From Patescibacteria group bacterium (GTDB lineage: Bacteria; Patescibacteriota; Microgenomatia; UBA1400; PJMF01), in assembly GCA_052035325.1 (NCBI GenBank), contig JBPOHR010000011.1, positions 8,131 through 72,130 on the forward strand: a stretch of DNA of 64,000 bases, written 5' to 3'. The stretch's first letter is position 1. Every line of letters starts with the position of its first letter. Of the stretch, positions 1 through 11,943 are shown in pieces. A model generated the notes under the pieces. The model was not told the origin of the DNA, searched no databases, and saw only the letters and a list, made by a program, of their open reading frames with translations. Position numbers and translations under genes: made by a program.

Positions 1-62
1 AAACGAAATAAAAACCTAATCTGGATACTGCTAAAATAGATTGATACATCGACTATTTTATC

Positions 63-71
63 TGTGGATAA
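63..71. promoter_or_regulatory. DnaA-box consensus 9-mer (TGTGGATAA = reverse complement of TTATCCACA)
   Basis: Perfect match to the E. coli-type DnaA box; a 1-mismatch box GTATCCACA lies at 2018-2026. Confidence 0.35.
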
Positions 72-74
72 CAT

Positions 75-101
75 TTAGCAGTCTACTCTATCGACTGCTA
101 A
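75..101. promoter_or_regulatory. 27-bp palindromic site TTAGCAGTC-N9-GACTGCTAA (copy 1), candidate recombinase/regulator site
   Basis: Exact 9-bp inverted arms with a 9-bp spacer; a second copy of identical architecture lies at 2053-2079. Confidence 0.5.
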
Positions 102-135
102 CAGCCGATAGAAATATAGGCAGTGATTTCTCCAG

Positions 136-1134
136 ATGTACCAGAGTAGGGGATCTGTGCCCTACTCTCGATCAATGATACTATACAAAAAGGCCACTAT
201 GCCAGTCTCAACTCAAGTCTCCCCTGCCCTGCTCACCTATCTCGAACATTTAGAAGTCGAACGCAATGTCAGTCGACTCACGATTCGTAATTATCAGCAT
301 TATTTGAAGCGTCTCATTGGTTGGTTGGAGACTCAAGAAATTCGTGATCTGCAACAGCTCTCACTCGAGGTACTCCGTAGCTATCGAGTGTATCTGGCTC
401 GATATATAGATGAACAAGGTAGAACCCTATCCAAGAAGACGCAGAGCTATCATATTATTGCTCTCAGGGCATGGCTAAAATGGCTGATAAAAAACGATGC
501 GCCGGTACTCAATCCGGAAAAAATTGATATTCCCAAGGCTGAATCACGCTCTATGAAGTTCCTTCATATAGAACAAATTGAGCGACTTTTGGCGCAGCCC
601 GCTATTTCGGCCAAAACAGGCTTGAGGGATAAGGCCTTACTAGAAGTACTCTTCTCTACTGGTTTGCGGGTAAGTGAGCTAGTCAGTCTCAACAGGGACC
701 AAGTTGACACGACACGGCGAGAGTTCGGAGTGATTGGAAAAGGCAGACGGCCGCGCGTGGTGTTTTTGAGTGAGCGCGCAGCCATGTGGTTGGACCGCTG
801 GTTGGCGTCTCGGGAGGATAACTGGAGACCGGTATTTATACGGATGAGTCGCACTAAACCTGACTTGCTCGCAGATGGTGAAGAGATGCGCTTGACGACT
901 CGAAGTGTGCAGCGTAGTGTTGATCATTACTGTCGTACTGCTAAGCTGCCGATAAAGCTCAGTCCACATGGAGTACGACACAGTTTTGCGACTGATTTGC
1001 TATCAAATGGGGCAGGACTGCGTGATGTACAAGAGATGCTGGGACATAAAAGCATCGCGACTACCCAGATTTATACGCATGTTACCAGGCCTGAACTGAA
1101 GAAAATGTACGATGAGTTCCATTCAAAACTCTAA
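136..1134 (+). CDS. Tyrosine site-specific recombinase, XerC/XerD family (the true start may be the internal Met near 199)
   Basis: C-terminal catalytic motifs HGVRHSFATDLL ... LGHKSIATTQIYTHV (R-H-R-Y tyrosine recombinase box); N-terminal SAM-like core-binding domain; length typical of Xer. Confidence 0.85.
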   Translation: MYQSRGSVPYSRSMILYKKATMPVSTQVSPALLTYLEHLEVERNVSRLTIRNYQHYLKRLIGWLETQEIRDLQQLSLEVLRSYRVYLARYIDEQGRTLSKKTQSYHIIALRAWLKWLIKNDAPVLNPEKIDIPKAESRSMKFLHIEQIERLLAQPAISAKTGLRDKALLEVLFSTGLRVSELVSLNRDQVDTTRREFGVIGKGRRPRVVFLSERAAMWLDRWLASREDNWRPVFIRMSRTKPDLLADGEEMRLTTRSVQRSVDHYCRTAKLPIKLSPHGVRHSFATDLLSNGAGLRDVQEMLGHKSIATTQIYTHVTRPELKKMYDEFHSKL

Positions 1135-1389
1135 AATGAGCCTTAACAAGTCAAAAATGCCCAGGGAAAAGTCAATTAGCAGTCGAGCATCGATAATGCC
1201 AATAGCTAAAATAGATTGAAAACATTGATTAATCAACAAAATAGTTATTTATGTTGGGTCGTAAGGGGGATATTTCAAACGCTGCAGCATCAATGACTCG
1301 ACTCTTATAACTCGAATCATGTATTAATATGTATTAATGTATCAATACATATCGACTTCAGAATCCGTATATGTTACAATTTCGGCCTT

Positions 1390-1737
1390 ATGAAAAAACC
1401 ACTACTCTCTGCGCTGCTTAATGGCGTCCTTCCTGGATTAGGCTACATTTACAATGGTCAACGTGTCACTGTTGGATTATTGTTGTTTGCCTATTCGTTA
1501 ATTACCCTGCTCTTGATGAAGATCGATGTTGCAGTGTTGTTCAGCAATGTTGTCACATTGCAGTTTAGCAATGACATGCTTAACATGCTTGTTGCTGTCT
1601 TGCTCATCATTGCCATGGCAATGGATAGTTATCGAGAAGCAGTTGAAGTAAATAGTCGCAGTCGCCGTCGTCGTTCGACTAAGAATGCCGCCGCTGTCGC
1701 CTCTTCACCAGCTGTGCGAAAACAGATCAAAAAGTAA
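1390..1737 (+). CDS. Small hypothetical membrane protein (2 predicted TM helices, basic C-terminal tail)
   Basis: ORF with hydrophobic segments GVLPGLGYIY...LLLFAYSLITLLLM and LVAVLLIIAMAM; no recognisable family. Confidence 0.4.
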   Translation: MKKPLLSALLNGVLPGLGYIYNGQRVTVGLLLFAYSLITLLLMKIDVAVLFSNVVTLQFSNDMLNMLVAVLLIIAMAMDSYREAVEVNSRSRRRRSTKNAAAVASSPAVRKQIKK

Positions 1738-1842
1738 TTTACTAATAATTAAGTAATCAATACATATAGAAGTAGTCGAAAGCGGGGCTAATCTCGGGCT
1801 GGCAACAAAATGCCCTCGTGATACAATATTTCCCTGCCGACA

Positions 1843-1915
1843 GGGCCGTTAGCTCACTTGGTAGAGCGCTACTATGGCATAGTAGAGGTAATCGGTTCGA
1901 TCCCGATACGGTCCA
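1843..1915 (+). tRNA. tRNA-Ala (anticodon GGC)
   Basis: GGGCCGTTAGCTCACTTGGTAGAGCGC... cloverleaf; acceptor GGGCCGT/ACGGTCC; anticodon loop ATGGCAT gives GGC; T-arm GGTTCGATCCC. Confidence 0.8.
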
Positions 1916-2052
1916 CACTAGTTTTGTCAGGATTTAAGAGCGTGTGATAGGTAAAGTTGGTTAATAGCGTGCAGAACCGCGTTTATACACGATTTACTAC
2001 TGCACTTTTGCAGAAAAGTATCCACAACATTGAGAATTAGTTAAAAAAGTCA

Positions 2053-2079
2053 TTAGCAGTCGATATACTTGACTGCTAA
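2053..2079. promoter_or_regulatory. 27-bp palindromic site TTAGCAGTC-N9-GACTGCTAA (copy 2)
   Basis: Same arms as 75-101 with a different 9-bp spacer (GATATACTT); an isolated left half-site TTAGCAGTC also occurs at 1176-1184. Confidence 0.5.
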
Positions 2080-2226
2080 CTAGGTATATAGGGTAAAAAC
2101 ATTGATATATCAAGCTATTTTTGAAGCATCTCGCAAAATACCGTTTTTTCGGCTTTTTTCAGTAAGAACGTAGATTTACTACTCCCAATTGCATGATCAG
2201 AATGATAGAAAAAACATAGTACTACA

Positions 2227-4968
2227 CTAAACAGTAGCAGTCGTTGCATTCGCTGCAACTGGTTCTTCTTTATAGGTCAACGCAACAGCAACAACACGAT
2301 CACTGCCATTCATGCGCATCAAAATCACACCTTGTGTCGGACGAGTGAGCACGGGAATGGTTTTAGCGTCGATTGGTAATTTGATGGTAATGCCGCCATT
2401 GGTACTCATCACAACCTCTTCATGTTCGTGTGTGACCATGCGAGCGGTGGCGACGTTGCCAGTGCGGGCGGTGATGTCAGAAACTTTGACACCGAGGCCA
2501 GCACGCTTCTGTAGCGGGTACTCTGATAATGCCGAGCGTTTGCCCAGACCTTTTTCGGTGACCACAAGCAGTTGATGGAATTGACCAGCTGTTGGCTTTT
2601 CGCTATCGAGTTGAGGTGAGAAAGCCTCCACACCAATGACGTAGTCGTCTTTTTGCAGTGTAATGCCGCGGACGCCTTTGGTGTCACGGTTGGAGTCTTT
2701 GATTTCAGCCTCGGAGAAGCGAATAGACTTGCCATGATAGGTAATCAGCATCACGTGGTCAGTTCCCGTAGTCAATTGTCCCCAGACAAGTTCGTCACCA
2801 TCGTTGAGGACGATGGCCACAATGCCGTTTTGGCGGATGTTTTGGTAGAGTTTGACAGCAGTTTTCTTGACTAAACCACATCGAGTGGCGAGGGTGATGA
2901 AGTTATTAGCGTCTTTGGTTTCATCGAGGGTGAGGATGGCTTGGACGGTTTCCTCTGCTTTGAGGTTGATTAGGTTGACTACCGCGGTGCCTTTTGCCTG
3001 GCGACTCGATTCTGGAATGTCATAGGCTTTAAGTTTGAAAACTCGACCCTGATTGGTGAACAGGAGCAGCGTCTCATGTGTGTCGGCTGTGAGGAGCGAT
3101 TTGACGGCATCTTCTTCTTTCATTTTGACACCGGTGGCACCTTTACCACCTCTGGCCTGACTGCGGAAAGCGGAGGGGCTGAGGCGCTTGATGTAGCCTG
3201 TTTCGGTCAGAGTGATGACGGTAGGTTCGTTGGCGACGAGATCTTCTTCAGAAAATTCACCGACTTTGCTCTTGACCACTTTGGTGCGGCGATCGTCGCC
3301 GTAGAGGGTCTTGAGCTCATTGGTTTCGTTGACAATTACCTCGAGAATGAGATCGGGATGACTCAGTAATTTGATTAAGGTATCGATGCGCGCTTTGAGT
3401 TCTTTATACTCGTCTTCGATCTTCTGACGTTCGAGAGCGGCTAGACGTTTGAGCTGCATTTCCAGAATGGCTGTAGCCTGTACTTCGGACAGACCAAACT
3501 TGGACATTAAGGCAGCTCGGGCAGTATCAGTGTCAGCTGAGCGACGGATGGTTTCGATGACGTCATCGAGGTTTTTGAGGGCAATGAGTAGGCCTTCAAG
3601 GATGTGAGCGCGGTCACGAGCCTCGCCGAGTTCGAATTGGGTGCGGCGGACGGCGACGAGCAAGCGATGTTGGATGTACTCACGCAAAATTTGCTTAATG
3701 TTCATCAATTGAGGTGTGCCCTCACTCGAGAGCGCCACCATATTGACCGGGAAACTGACTTGGAGTTCGGTGTGTTTGAAGAGTTGATTGAGGACCACTT
3801 TGGGTCGAGCGTCGCGCTTCAGATCAATGGTGATTTGCAGACCAACACGGTCAGAGTCGTCATTGAGGTCGCGGATGCCTTCCAGCTTCTTATCGCGGAC
3901 GAGGTCGGCGATTTTCATGAGGAGCCGAGCTTTGTTTACTTGGTACGGCAATTCAGTAACAATGATCTGGAAGCCACCTTTTTTGGTTTCTTCGATGCTG
4001 GCTTTGGCACGGATGACTACTTTGCCTTTGCCGGTGGCATAGGCTTCACGGATGGCTTTGACGTCGTAAATAATACCAGCTGTCGGGAAGTCTGGGCCCT
4101 GAATGTGATCCATGATTTGATCACTGGTAATTTCACTGGTGAATGTTCCAGCTAGTAACTTGGGATCGGTGGCAAGTACTTCATCGATTTTGTCGGAGGT
4201 TTTCTCGAGTGTGGTGGAAGATTTACCGGCTTTGATAGTGGCAATGATGGCATCACAGACCTCGTTGAGGTTGTGAGGTGGGATTTTGGTGGCCATACCT
4301 ACCGCAATACCTTCCGAACCCATCAGCAACAAATTTGGCAAGCGACCTGGAAGGACGGCCGGCTCTTGCATTGAGCCGTCAAAGTTATCGACAAACGGGA
4401 CGGTGTCTTTGTCGAGGTCAATTAAGAGTTCTTGAGAAATCTTGGCCAGTCTTGCTTCGGTGTACCGCATGGCGGCTGGACTGTCGCCATCAATCGAGCC
4501 AAAGTTTCCTTGACCATCGATTAAGGGATAGCGCATGCTGAAGTCTTGGGCTAGCCGGACCAGTGCACCGTAGACTGGCGCATCACCGTGTGGATGGTAA
4601 CGACCCAGTACGTCACCGACGATACGGGCACATTTCTTGTACGCACTGGTATGGTGGAAACCCGACTTGTACATCGAGTACAGGATGCGACGATGGACGG
4701 GCTTCATGCCGTCACGCACATCGGGTAGAGCTCTGGAAACGATGACACTCATGGCGTAGTCGAGGTAGGACTTCTCCATTTCACTGACGATGGAAATGTA
4801 CTTCAACTTACCAAAGCGACTTTCTTCGATAGTGCCGATGGGCGTAACTGACTCGGAGGTGGTATTTGTTTCCACGGGAGTTGCTATCTCGGAAGTGGTA
4901 GCCTCAGTAGAGGTGTCACTCTCGGTGGTATCGGTTAGTTCGTCGTCGCGGATTTGGTCATCAGTCAT
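2227..4968 (-). CDS. gyrA: DNA gyrase subunit A
   Basis: YLDYAMSVIVSRALPDVRDGMKPVHRRILY signature, QRD/breakage-reunion region and C-terminal beta-pinwheel repeats; about 60-aa acidic/Thr-rich N-terminal extension if the first ATG is used. Confidence 0.95.
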   Translation of the reverse strand: MTDDQIRDDELTDTTESDTSTEATTSEIATPVETNTTSESVTPIGTIEESRFGKLKYISIVSEMEKSYLDYAMSVIVSRALPDVRDGMKPVHRRILYSMYKSGFHHTSAYKKCARIVGDVLGRYHPHGDAPVYGALVRLAQDFSMRYPLIDGQGNFGSIDGDSPAAMRYTEARLAKISQELLIDLDKDTVPFVDNFDGSMQEPAVLPGRLPNLLLMGSEGIAVGMATKIPPHNLNEVCDAIIATIKAGKSSTTLEKTSDKIDEVLATDPKLLAGTFTSEITSDQIMDHIQGPDFPTAGIIYDVKAIREAYATGKGKVVIRAKASIEETKKGGFQIIVTELPYQVNKARLLMKIADLVRDKKLEGIRDLNDDSDRVGLQITIDLKRDARPKVVLNQLFKHTELQVSFPVNMVALSSEGTPQLMNIKQILREYIQHRLLVAVRRTQFELGEARDRAHILEGLLIALKNLDDVIETIRRSADTDTARAALMSKFGLSEVQATAILEMQLKRLAALERQKIEDEYKELKARIDTLIKLLSHPDLILEVIVNETNELKTLYGDDRRTKVVKSKVGEFSEEDLVANEPTVITLTETGYIKRLSPSAFRSQARGGKGATGVKMKEEDAVKSLLTADTHETLLLFTNQGRVFKLKAYDIPESSRQAKGTAVVNLINLKAEETVQAILTLDETKDANNFITLATRCGLVKKTAVKLYQNIRQNGIVAIVLNDGDELVWGQLTTGTDHVMLITYHGKSIRFSEAEIKDSNRDTKGVRGITLQKDDYVIGVEAFSPQLDSEKPTAGQFHQLLVVTEKGLGKRSALSEYPLQKRAGLGVKVSDITARTGNVATARMVTHEHEEVVMSTNGGITIKLPIDAKTIPVLTRPTQGVILMRMNGSDRVVAVALTYKEEPVAANATTATV

Positions 4969-4990
4969 GGGGTGTTTCTAGTGCGGTTTG

Positions 4991-5500
4991 TTACTTTTGT
5001 TCAGCAACAAACTTGGCTTGTGCCTCAGCTAGTTCCTTTTCGGCTTCTTCTCTACCAACAAATGTATTGATCTTGACCCATTTCTCTGGTTCGAGGTCTT
5101 TGTAGTGTTCGAAGAAGTGCTTGATTTTGTCGAGTCGATATTGAGGAACGTCTGCCAGATCTTCCCAGGCGCCGCATTGAATGTCGATTTTGGTTTTGGC
5201 CGGGACGCAGATCAGTTTGTGATCAATACCCTCTTCGTCTTCCATTTCCAACATGCCGATGACACGAGTTTTGATCCAGGTGCCAGGTAACATGGGTTGA
5301 CTGGTCAGGACCAGGGCGTCAAGCAGGTCGCCATCTTTGCCCGCTGCACCTTCGATCGAGCCGTAGTTCTCTGGGTAGAACATAGGTGTGGGCACGAAGC
5401 GGTCAACGTAAATGCGACCGTTGGACTCGTCTTGCTCGTACTTGGTGTTTGAGCCGGCGGGGATTTCAACGAGGATGTGAAGGGTTTGGGTGTCAGACAT
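4991..5500 (-). CDS. ppa: Inorganic pyrophosphatase, family I
   Basis: EIPAGSNTKYEQD...RFVPTPMFYPENYG motif and Asp-rich metal site ...DGD..D.LVL; 169 aa. Confidence 0.9.
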   Translation of the reverse strand: MSDTQTLHILVEIPAGSNTKYEQDESNGRIYVDRFVPTPMFYPENYGSIEGAAGKDGDLLDALVLTSQPMLPGTWIKTRVIGMLEMEDEEGIDHKLICVPAKTKIDIQCGAWEDLADVPQYRLDKIKHFFEHYKDLEPEKWVKINTFVGREEAEKELAEAQAKFVAEQK

Positions 5501-5514
5501 GAGGTTCCTTTTGG

Positions 5515-5856
5515 TTACATTGGAGGGTTTAATACGGCATTTATTTGATCAACAATGACATTGTTTCCTGGTACATGCGGAGCTTTGGAGAGCTCAGCAG
5601 CGTATTCTTGAAGAATTCTGCGAGCCTCTTTCTTTTCAGCTTCATTCTCAGCAGTTCGATACGCATGAATTGCTTCATTTGCAACTTGATAGTTTGGGTA
5701 TGCACTAATTGCGTCATTTACAAGTTGTTGGTACTCAGCATCAGCCGCGGGCGCAGTAGTGTCTACCACCGTCGTAACTAGCTCAGGTTCACCTCCAAGT
5801 GGCTTGTCACCAAATATTTGTTCATTTCTTTTGTCCATTGGTGTGTTTTCAGGCAT
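5515..5856 (-). CDS. Hypothetical protein
   Basis: 113-aa ORF between gyrB and ppa; acidic, no recognisable motif. Confidence 0.35.
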   Translation of the reverse strand: MPENTPMDKRNEQIFGDKPLGGEPELVTTVVDTTAPAADAEYQQLVNDAISAYPNYQVANEAIHAYRTAENEAEKKEARRILQEYAAELSKAPHVPGNNVIVDQINAVLNPPM

Positions 5857-5867
5857 ATATTTCTTTC

Positions 5868-7901
<2,034 letters not shown>

Positions 7902-8050
7902 CTACGACAAGCTCAGATGCATCGTTATACCATACTTCGCAGGACTTTCAAAGGTTGACGAAAGGGTGCGCGTGTCTAGCAGCCATTGAAAGTGCTTAAA
8001 ATCGGTTTTTTGCGTATAACGCCGGAAACATACTGATTGTAGGGCAACTC

Positions 8051-8746
8051 CTAGGCGGTTAGCCATCCTAACCATATATGCTCAAGTGCCAGGCGTGGAG
8101 CAGTGTTGTGCTGAAGCTGATCGTTGAGTAGCACTAGAGAGGCAAGATGCTGGGTAGTCTTGGCCAGTTCTGCCCCACCCAAGGTGGGTAGGCGCTGATG
8201 CAGTAAATCGAGTAATTGGCGGGTAACTTCGAGTGCGTCGGCTTTGGTGCTGTACTTGCCTGCTAATGCAATTGTGTTAGCCACGGTGCCTTGAGTGAGT
8301 TGCTGATAGAGCATGTCCAGTTCTTGGTGTTGCGTATCATGATTGTTGGTGGGTGGTATCTGGTCTAAATAGCTGACATTACATCGCGACTGGATGGTAG
8401 TTAACACCGTGCCTAAACCACTTGCGGTAAGGATAATTTGCGTAGCGGTCGGCGGTTCTTCCAACAGTTTCAGCAGTGCTTGTTGCGCGGGTAGCGATGC
8501 GCTGTCTATTCCAGGACAAATGACCAGTTGAAGTTCACCTACAGCGCGATAACTAAGTTGTTGTTGAAGTAGCCGAACTGCCTCGATGGTTAGTGACTCT
8601 GATTCGGTGTTTGCCCAGATTACGTAAGGTGATGTGTCGATAGTCAGTGACCACTCACGATGAACCCATGTTCGGAGTTGCTGGCTAGCGTGTTGATGAT
8701 TTGACGAGACAATCCTGAGTTGGCTAGTGTAGTGGTTATGAATCAT
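8051..8746 (-). CDS. holB: DNA polymerase III delta-prime (or delta) subunit-like clamp-loader protein
   Basis: AQQALLKLLEEPP..TQIILTAS...IQSRC matches the clamp-loader 'LLKTLEEPP ... SRC' box; degenerate Walker A as is typical for delta-prime; short (231 aa). Confidence 0.6.
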   Translation of the reverse strand: MIHNHYTSQLRIVSSNHQHASQQLRTWVHREWSLTIDTSPYVIWANTESESLTIEAVRLLQQQLSYRAVGELQLVICPGIDSASLPAQQALLKLLEEPPTATQIILTASGLGTVLTTIQSRCNVSYLDQIPPTNNHDTQHQELDMLYQQLTQGTVANTIALAGKYSTKADALEVTRQLLDLLHQRLPTLGGAELAKTTQHLASLVLLNDQLQHNTAPRLALEHIWLGWLTA

Positions 8747-8790
8747 GACTTTTTTTCAAGGCGAAAGTATGGCAGGATAGTAGTGATTAT

Positions 8791-10809
8791 ATGGTAGATT
8801 CGACTGCCCCGTTAGCTACTAATACTGATAGTGTCGTTGTCCCTGATGTGACAATGCCTACGATTGGTGGTGTTGCTCCTGTTGATGAAGCGCCAAAACT
8901 GGTGCTCACCAATGTCGATGGTGAGGCTTCGACACAGTCCGCTCAATCCGAAATCGCCGCTGCCGCTGCTGCAATCGGTGGTGCTGTGCTCGACACACCG
9001 GTAGTTTCCCCTACTCCAGTCCCTACCCCTGTGCAACCTCTCCCCTCCCCGCCAGCAGCGTTGCCTACACAATTTGGGACAGTATCAACGATTGTAGAGG
9101 TTCTTCAGCAACAGGGCGCGCTTACCCAAGGTCAAGTGGATCAGCTAAATGTTGAGCACATCCAGACAAATCGGACATTGGAAGAATTGCTCGAAGAAAA
9201 GAAGTGGCTCGACGAAGAGACCTTTTGCAAAGCCAAAGCTCAGGTGTACGGTGTTCCCTTTGTGCGACTAAGTGAGATTGGTGTCTCACCGGAAGCTTTG
9301 ACGGCCCTCTCAGAAACGGTGGCGCGGCGTTATGCAATGTTGCCGTTTAATCTAGATAAAAATGAGCGAACGTTGTATGTTGCCATGAAAAATCCACTGG
9401 ATTTGTCGGCAATTGATTTTGCTGAACAAAAGACAGGGTATCGGCTGGTCGTTCACTATGCTATGCCAAGTGAACTTGAGCGATTGGTTGCAGAGCGATA
9501 TGCACAGAGTTTATCAAGTGAAGTAACAGAAGCACTACAAGAAACGGCACAGGTCGCTGAAGCCAAAGCACAACAGCAAAACTTAGCAAATTTATCAGTT
9601 GAAGTAGTTAGAGAAGCGCCAATTAGTAAAATTGTTGAAACTATCCTTACTTTTGCCATCAAGTCCCGGGCGTCAGATGTGCATATTGAGCCGCTTGCCG
9701 ATAAGACACGAGTCAGATATCGCATTGACGGTATTTTGACAGAAAAACTCATTTTGCCTCGGTCGGTACATGAAGCAACAGTGTCGCGGGTAAAGATATT
9801 GTCAGATTTGAAGATTGATGAGAAGCGTATCCCCCAAGATGGGCGGTTCAATTTTGTAGCAGGTGCTGATGAAGTTGACTTGCGGGTCTCTACTCTACCA
9901 ACCATTAACGGTGAAAAAGTGGTGATGCGGCTCTTACGAAAAAATGCCCAGGTCCCCTCGATCGAAGATTTGGGATTAACGGGTATTGCCCTTCGCAATA
10001 TTCAAGAAGCTATCAAAGTGCCTCACGGCATTGTGTTGGTGACTGGACCCACTGGTTCAGGAAAAACCACTACGCTCTACTCCGTCCTTCACGCCATCAA
10101 CACGCCGAAAGTCAATGTGATGACGCTCGAAGATCCCGTGGAGTACCAGATGCCAGGTGTCAATCAGGTGCAAATTAATCCTCAGGCAGGACTTACCTTT
10201 GCTTCCGGTTTGAGGTCATTCTTGCGTCAAGATCCCAACGTCATTATGGTAGGTGAAATTCGTGACAGTGAGACGGCAGAGTTGGCAATCCAGGCTTCAC
10301 TCACTGGTCACTTGGTTTTTTCGACACTACATACTTCATCGGCAGCAGGAGCATTGCCTCGGTTGCTCGATATGGGTGCCGAACCATTTTTGTTGGCTTC
10401 CTCGATGACGTTGACAATGGGACAGCGGGTGGTGCGATTGATCAACCCTGATTACAAGGAAGAGTATCAACCAGATCCTGCTGTTCTACAGGATGTGCGG
10501 ACAGTGCTTGGTCCAATGTATGAACAGTGGTGCAGTGCCAATCAAAAAGATCCAGCTAAGTTGACCTTGTATCGTACGAGAAAAGATCGTCCCCAGACGG
10601 AGCCGGAGTACAAAGGTCGGATGGCAATCTTTGAGGTGATGAAGATAACCGATGAGATCGGTCACATGATTATGCAACGCAAAACAGCAAATGAAATTGA
10701 GGCTGTCGCCATGAAAAATGGTATGCTGTTAATGAAACAGGATGGATATATCAAAGCATTAGAGGGGAAAACCACTATCGAAGAAGTATTACGGGTGGCC
10801 CAGGTATAA
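8791..10809 (+). CDS. pilB: Type IV pilus assembly ATPase PilB (GspE family) with Pro/Ala-rich N-terminal extension
   Basis: GSPII_E N-domain, Walker A VTGPTGSGKTTTLYS, Asp/His boxes and tetracysteine-like region; 672 aa. Confidence 0.9.
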   Translation: MVDSTAPLATNTDSVVVPDVTMPTIGGVAPVDEAPKLVLTNVDGEASTQSAQSEIAAAAAAIGGAVLDTPVVSPTPVPTPVQPLPSPPAALPTQFGTVSTIVEVLQQQGALTQGQVDQLNVEHIQTNRTLEELLEEKKWLDEETFCKAKAQVYGVPFVRLSEIGVSPEALTALSETVARRYAMLPFNLDKNERTLYVAMKNPLDLSAIDFAEQKTGYRLVVHYAMPSELERLVAERYAQSLSSEVTEALQETAQVAEAKAQQQNLANLSVEVVREAPISKIVETILTFAIKSRASDVHIEPLADKTRVRYRIDGILTEKLILPRSVHEATVSRVKILSDLKIDEKRIPQDGRFNFVAGADEVDLRVSTLPTINGEKVVMRLLRKNAQVPSIEDLGLTGIALRNIQEAIKVPHGIVLVTGPTGSGKTTTLYSVLHAINTPKVNVMTLEDPVEYQMPGVNQVQINPQAGLTFASGLRSFLRQDPNVIMVGEIRDSETAELAIQASLTGHLVFSTLHTSSAAGALPRLLDMGAEPFLLASSMTLTMGQRVVRLINPDYKEEYQPDPAVLQDVRTVLGPMYEQWCSANQKDPAKLTLYRTRKDRPQTEPEYKGRMAIFEVMKITDEIGHMIMQRKTANEIEAVAMKNGMLLMKQDGYIKALEGKTTIEEVLRVAQV

Positions 10810-10822
10810 GGATACAGACAGT

Positions 10823-11941
10823 ATGACGATTCATGATATTTTACAGATGCTGGTGGACCAAGAAGGTTCAGATATCCACATTGTGACGGGAATGCCACCG
10901 ATGTTGCGGGTGCATGGCGAGTTACAGGCGATTCCTGGCGCACCAGCGTTGACCCAAGAACAAGCCGAAGCTCTCATCATTCCAATCCTCAAACCAGAGC
11001 AAAAAGACTTTGTTAATGTCAACAAAGAAATTGACTTTGGTTATCAATTCTTGGACAAGGGTCGATTTCGCGTCAATGTCTATCATCAGCAAAATAAAAT
11101 GGCCGCAGCCTTGCGGTTGATTCCGGCTCGGGTCAAAACGATTGACGAACTCCAACTACCTGCAGTGTTTCATCAATTGACCGAGTTCAAGCAGGGTTTG
11201 GTATTGGTGACTGGGCCAACAGGTGAAGGGAAATCTACCACGTTGGCCGCCCTAATTGAGGAAATCAATGCTACTCGAGCAGATCATGTATTGACGATTG
11301 AAGATCCGATCGAGTTTATCTACACACCAAAAAAAAGCTTGTTGTCACAACGTGAAATTGGTCAAGATACCAATGGTTGGGATATTGCACTGCGCTCGGC
11401 ATTGCGTGAGGATCCTGATGTGGTGTTAGTGGGTGAGATGCGTGATTTTGAGACGATTGCTTCGGCAATTACGGTAGCCGAGACGGGTCATTTAGTCTTT
11501 GCGACGCTCCATACTGCGACCGCCGCACAAACAATTGATCGTATCATTGATGTCTTCCCAGCTCATCAACAAGGCCAAATCCGACAACAACTCGCGGCAA
11601 CACTGCAAGCAGTGGTATCACAACGACTAATTCCCCTTGTCCAAGGTGGACGGACAGCAGCATTCGAAGTGATGCTGGCCAATTCAGCTGTTCGCAATCT
11701 GATTCGTGAAGGTAAAACATTCCAAATCGACAATGTGATGCAGACATCAGGTGAGCAAGGCATGATGCTCATTGAGACGTATTTGTTGGGTCTGGTACAG
11801 CAAGGAGCAATTTCTCGAGAAAAAGCTCTTGAACATGCCTTTAGACCTGATGAACTGGAGAGAATTCTTGGATCAAATGAGGTAGTAGCACCCACCTATG
11901 GTGTCGAGAGTACCACCCAGATGCCTGGGACAGGAATGTAA
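10823..11941 (+). CDS. pilT: Twitching motility ATPase PilT
   Basis: Walker A VLVTGPTGEGKSTTLAAL, ...HLVFATLHT, PilT-length 372 aa, immediately downstream of pilB. Confidence 0.9.
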   Translation: MTIHDILQMLVDQEGSDIHIVTGMPPMLRVHGELQAIPGAPALTQEQAEALIIPILKPEQKDFVNVNKEIDFGYQFLDKGRFRVNVYHQQNKMAAALRLIPARVKTIDELQLPAVFHQLTEFKQGLVLVTGPTGEGKSTTLAALIEEINATRADHVLTIEDPIEFIYTPKKSLLSQREIGQDTNGWDIALRSALREDPDVVLVGEMRDFETIASAITVAETGHLVFATLHTATAAQTIDRIIDVFPAHQQGQIRQQLAATLQAVVSQRLIPLVQGGRTAAFEVMLANSAVRNLIREGKTFQIDNVMQTSGEQGMMLIETYLLGLVQQGAISREKALEHAFRPDELERILGSNEVVAPTYGVESTTQMPGTGM

Positions 11942-11943
11942 CC

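Noticed and set aside
2312-4981. Multiple 60-180-aa ORFs on the plus strand inside gyrA (2312..2575, 2653..2874, 3076..3369, 3604..4155, 3788..4042, 4278..4541, 4563..4745, 4790..4981)
   Set aside because: They lie antisense or out of frame within a strongly supported gyrA reading frame, have no motifs and have biased, repetitive composition. They are typical shadow ORFs.
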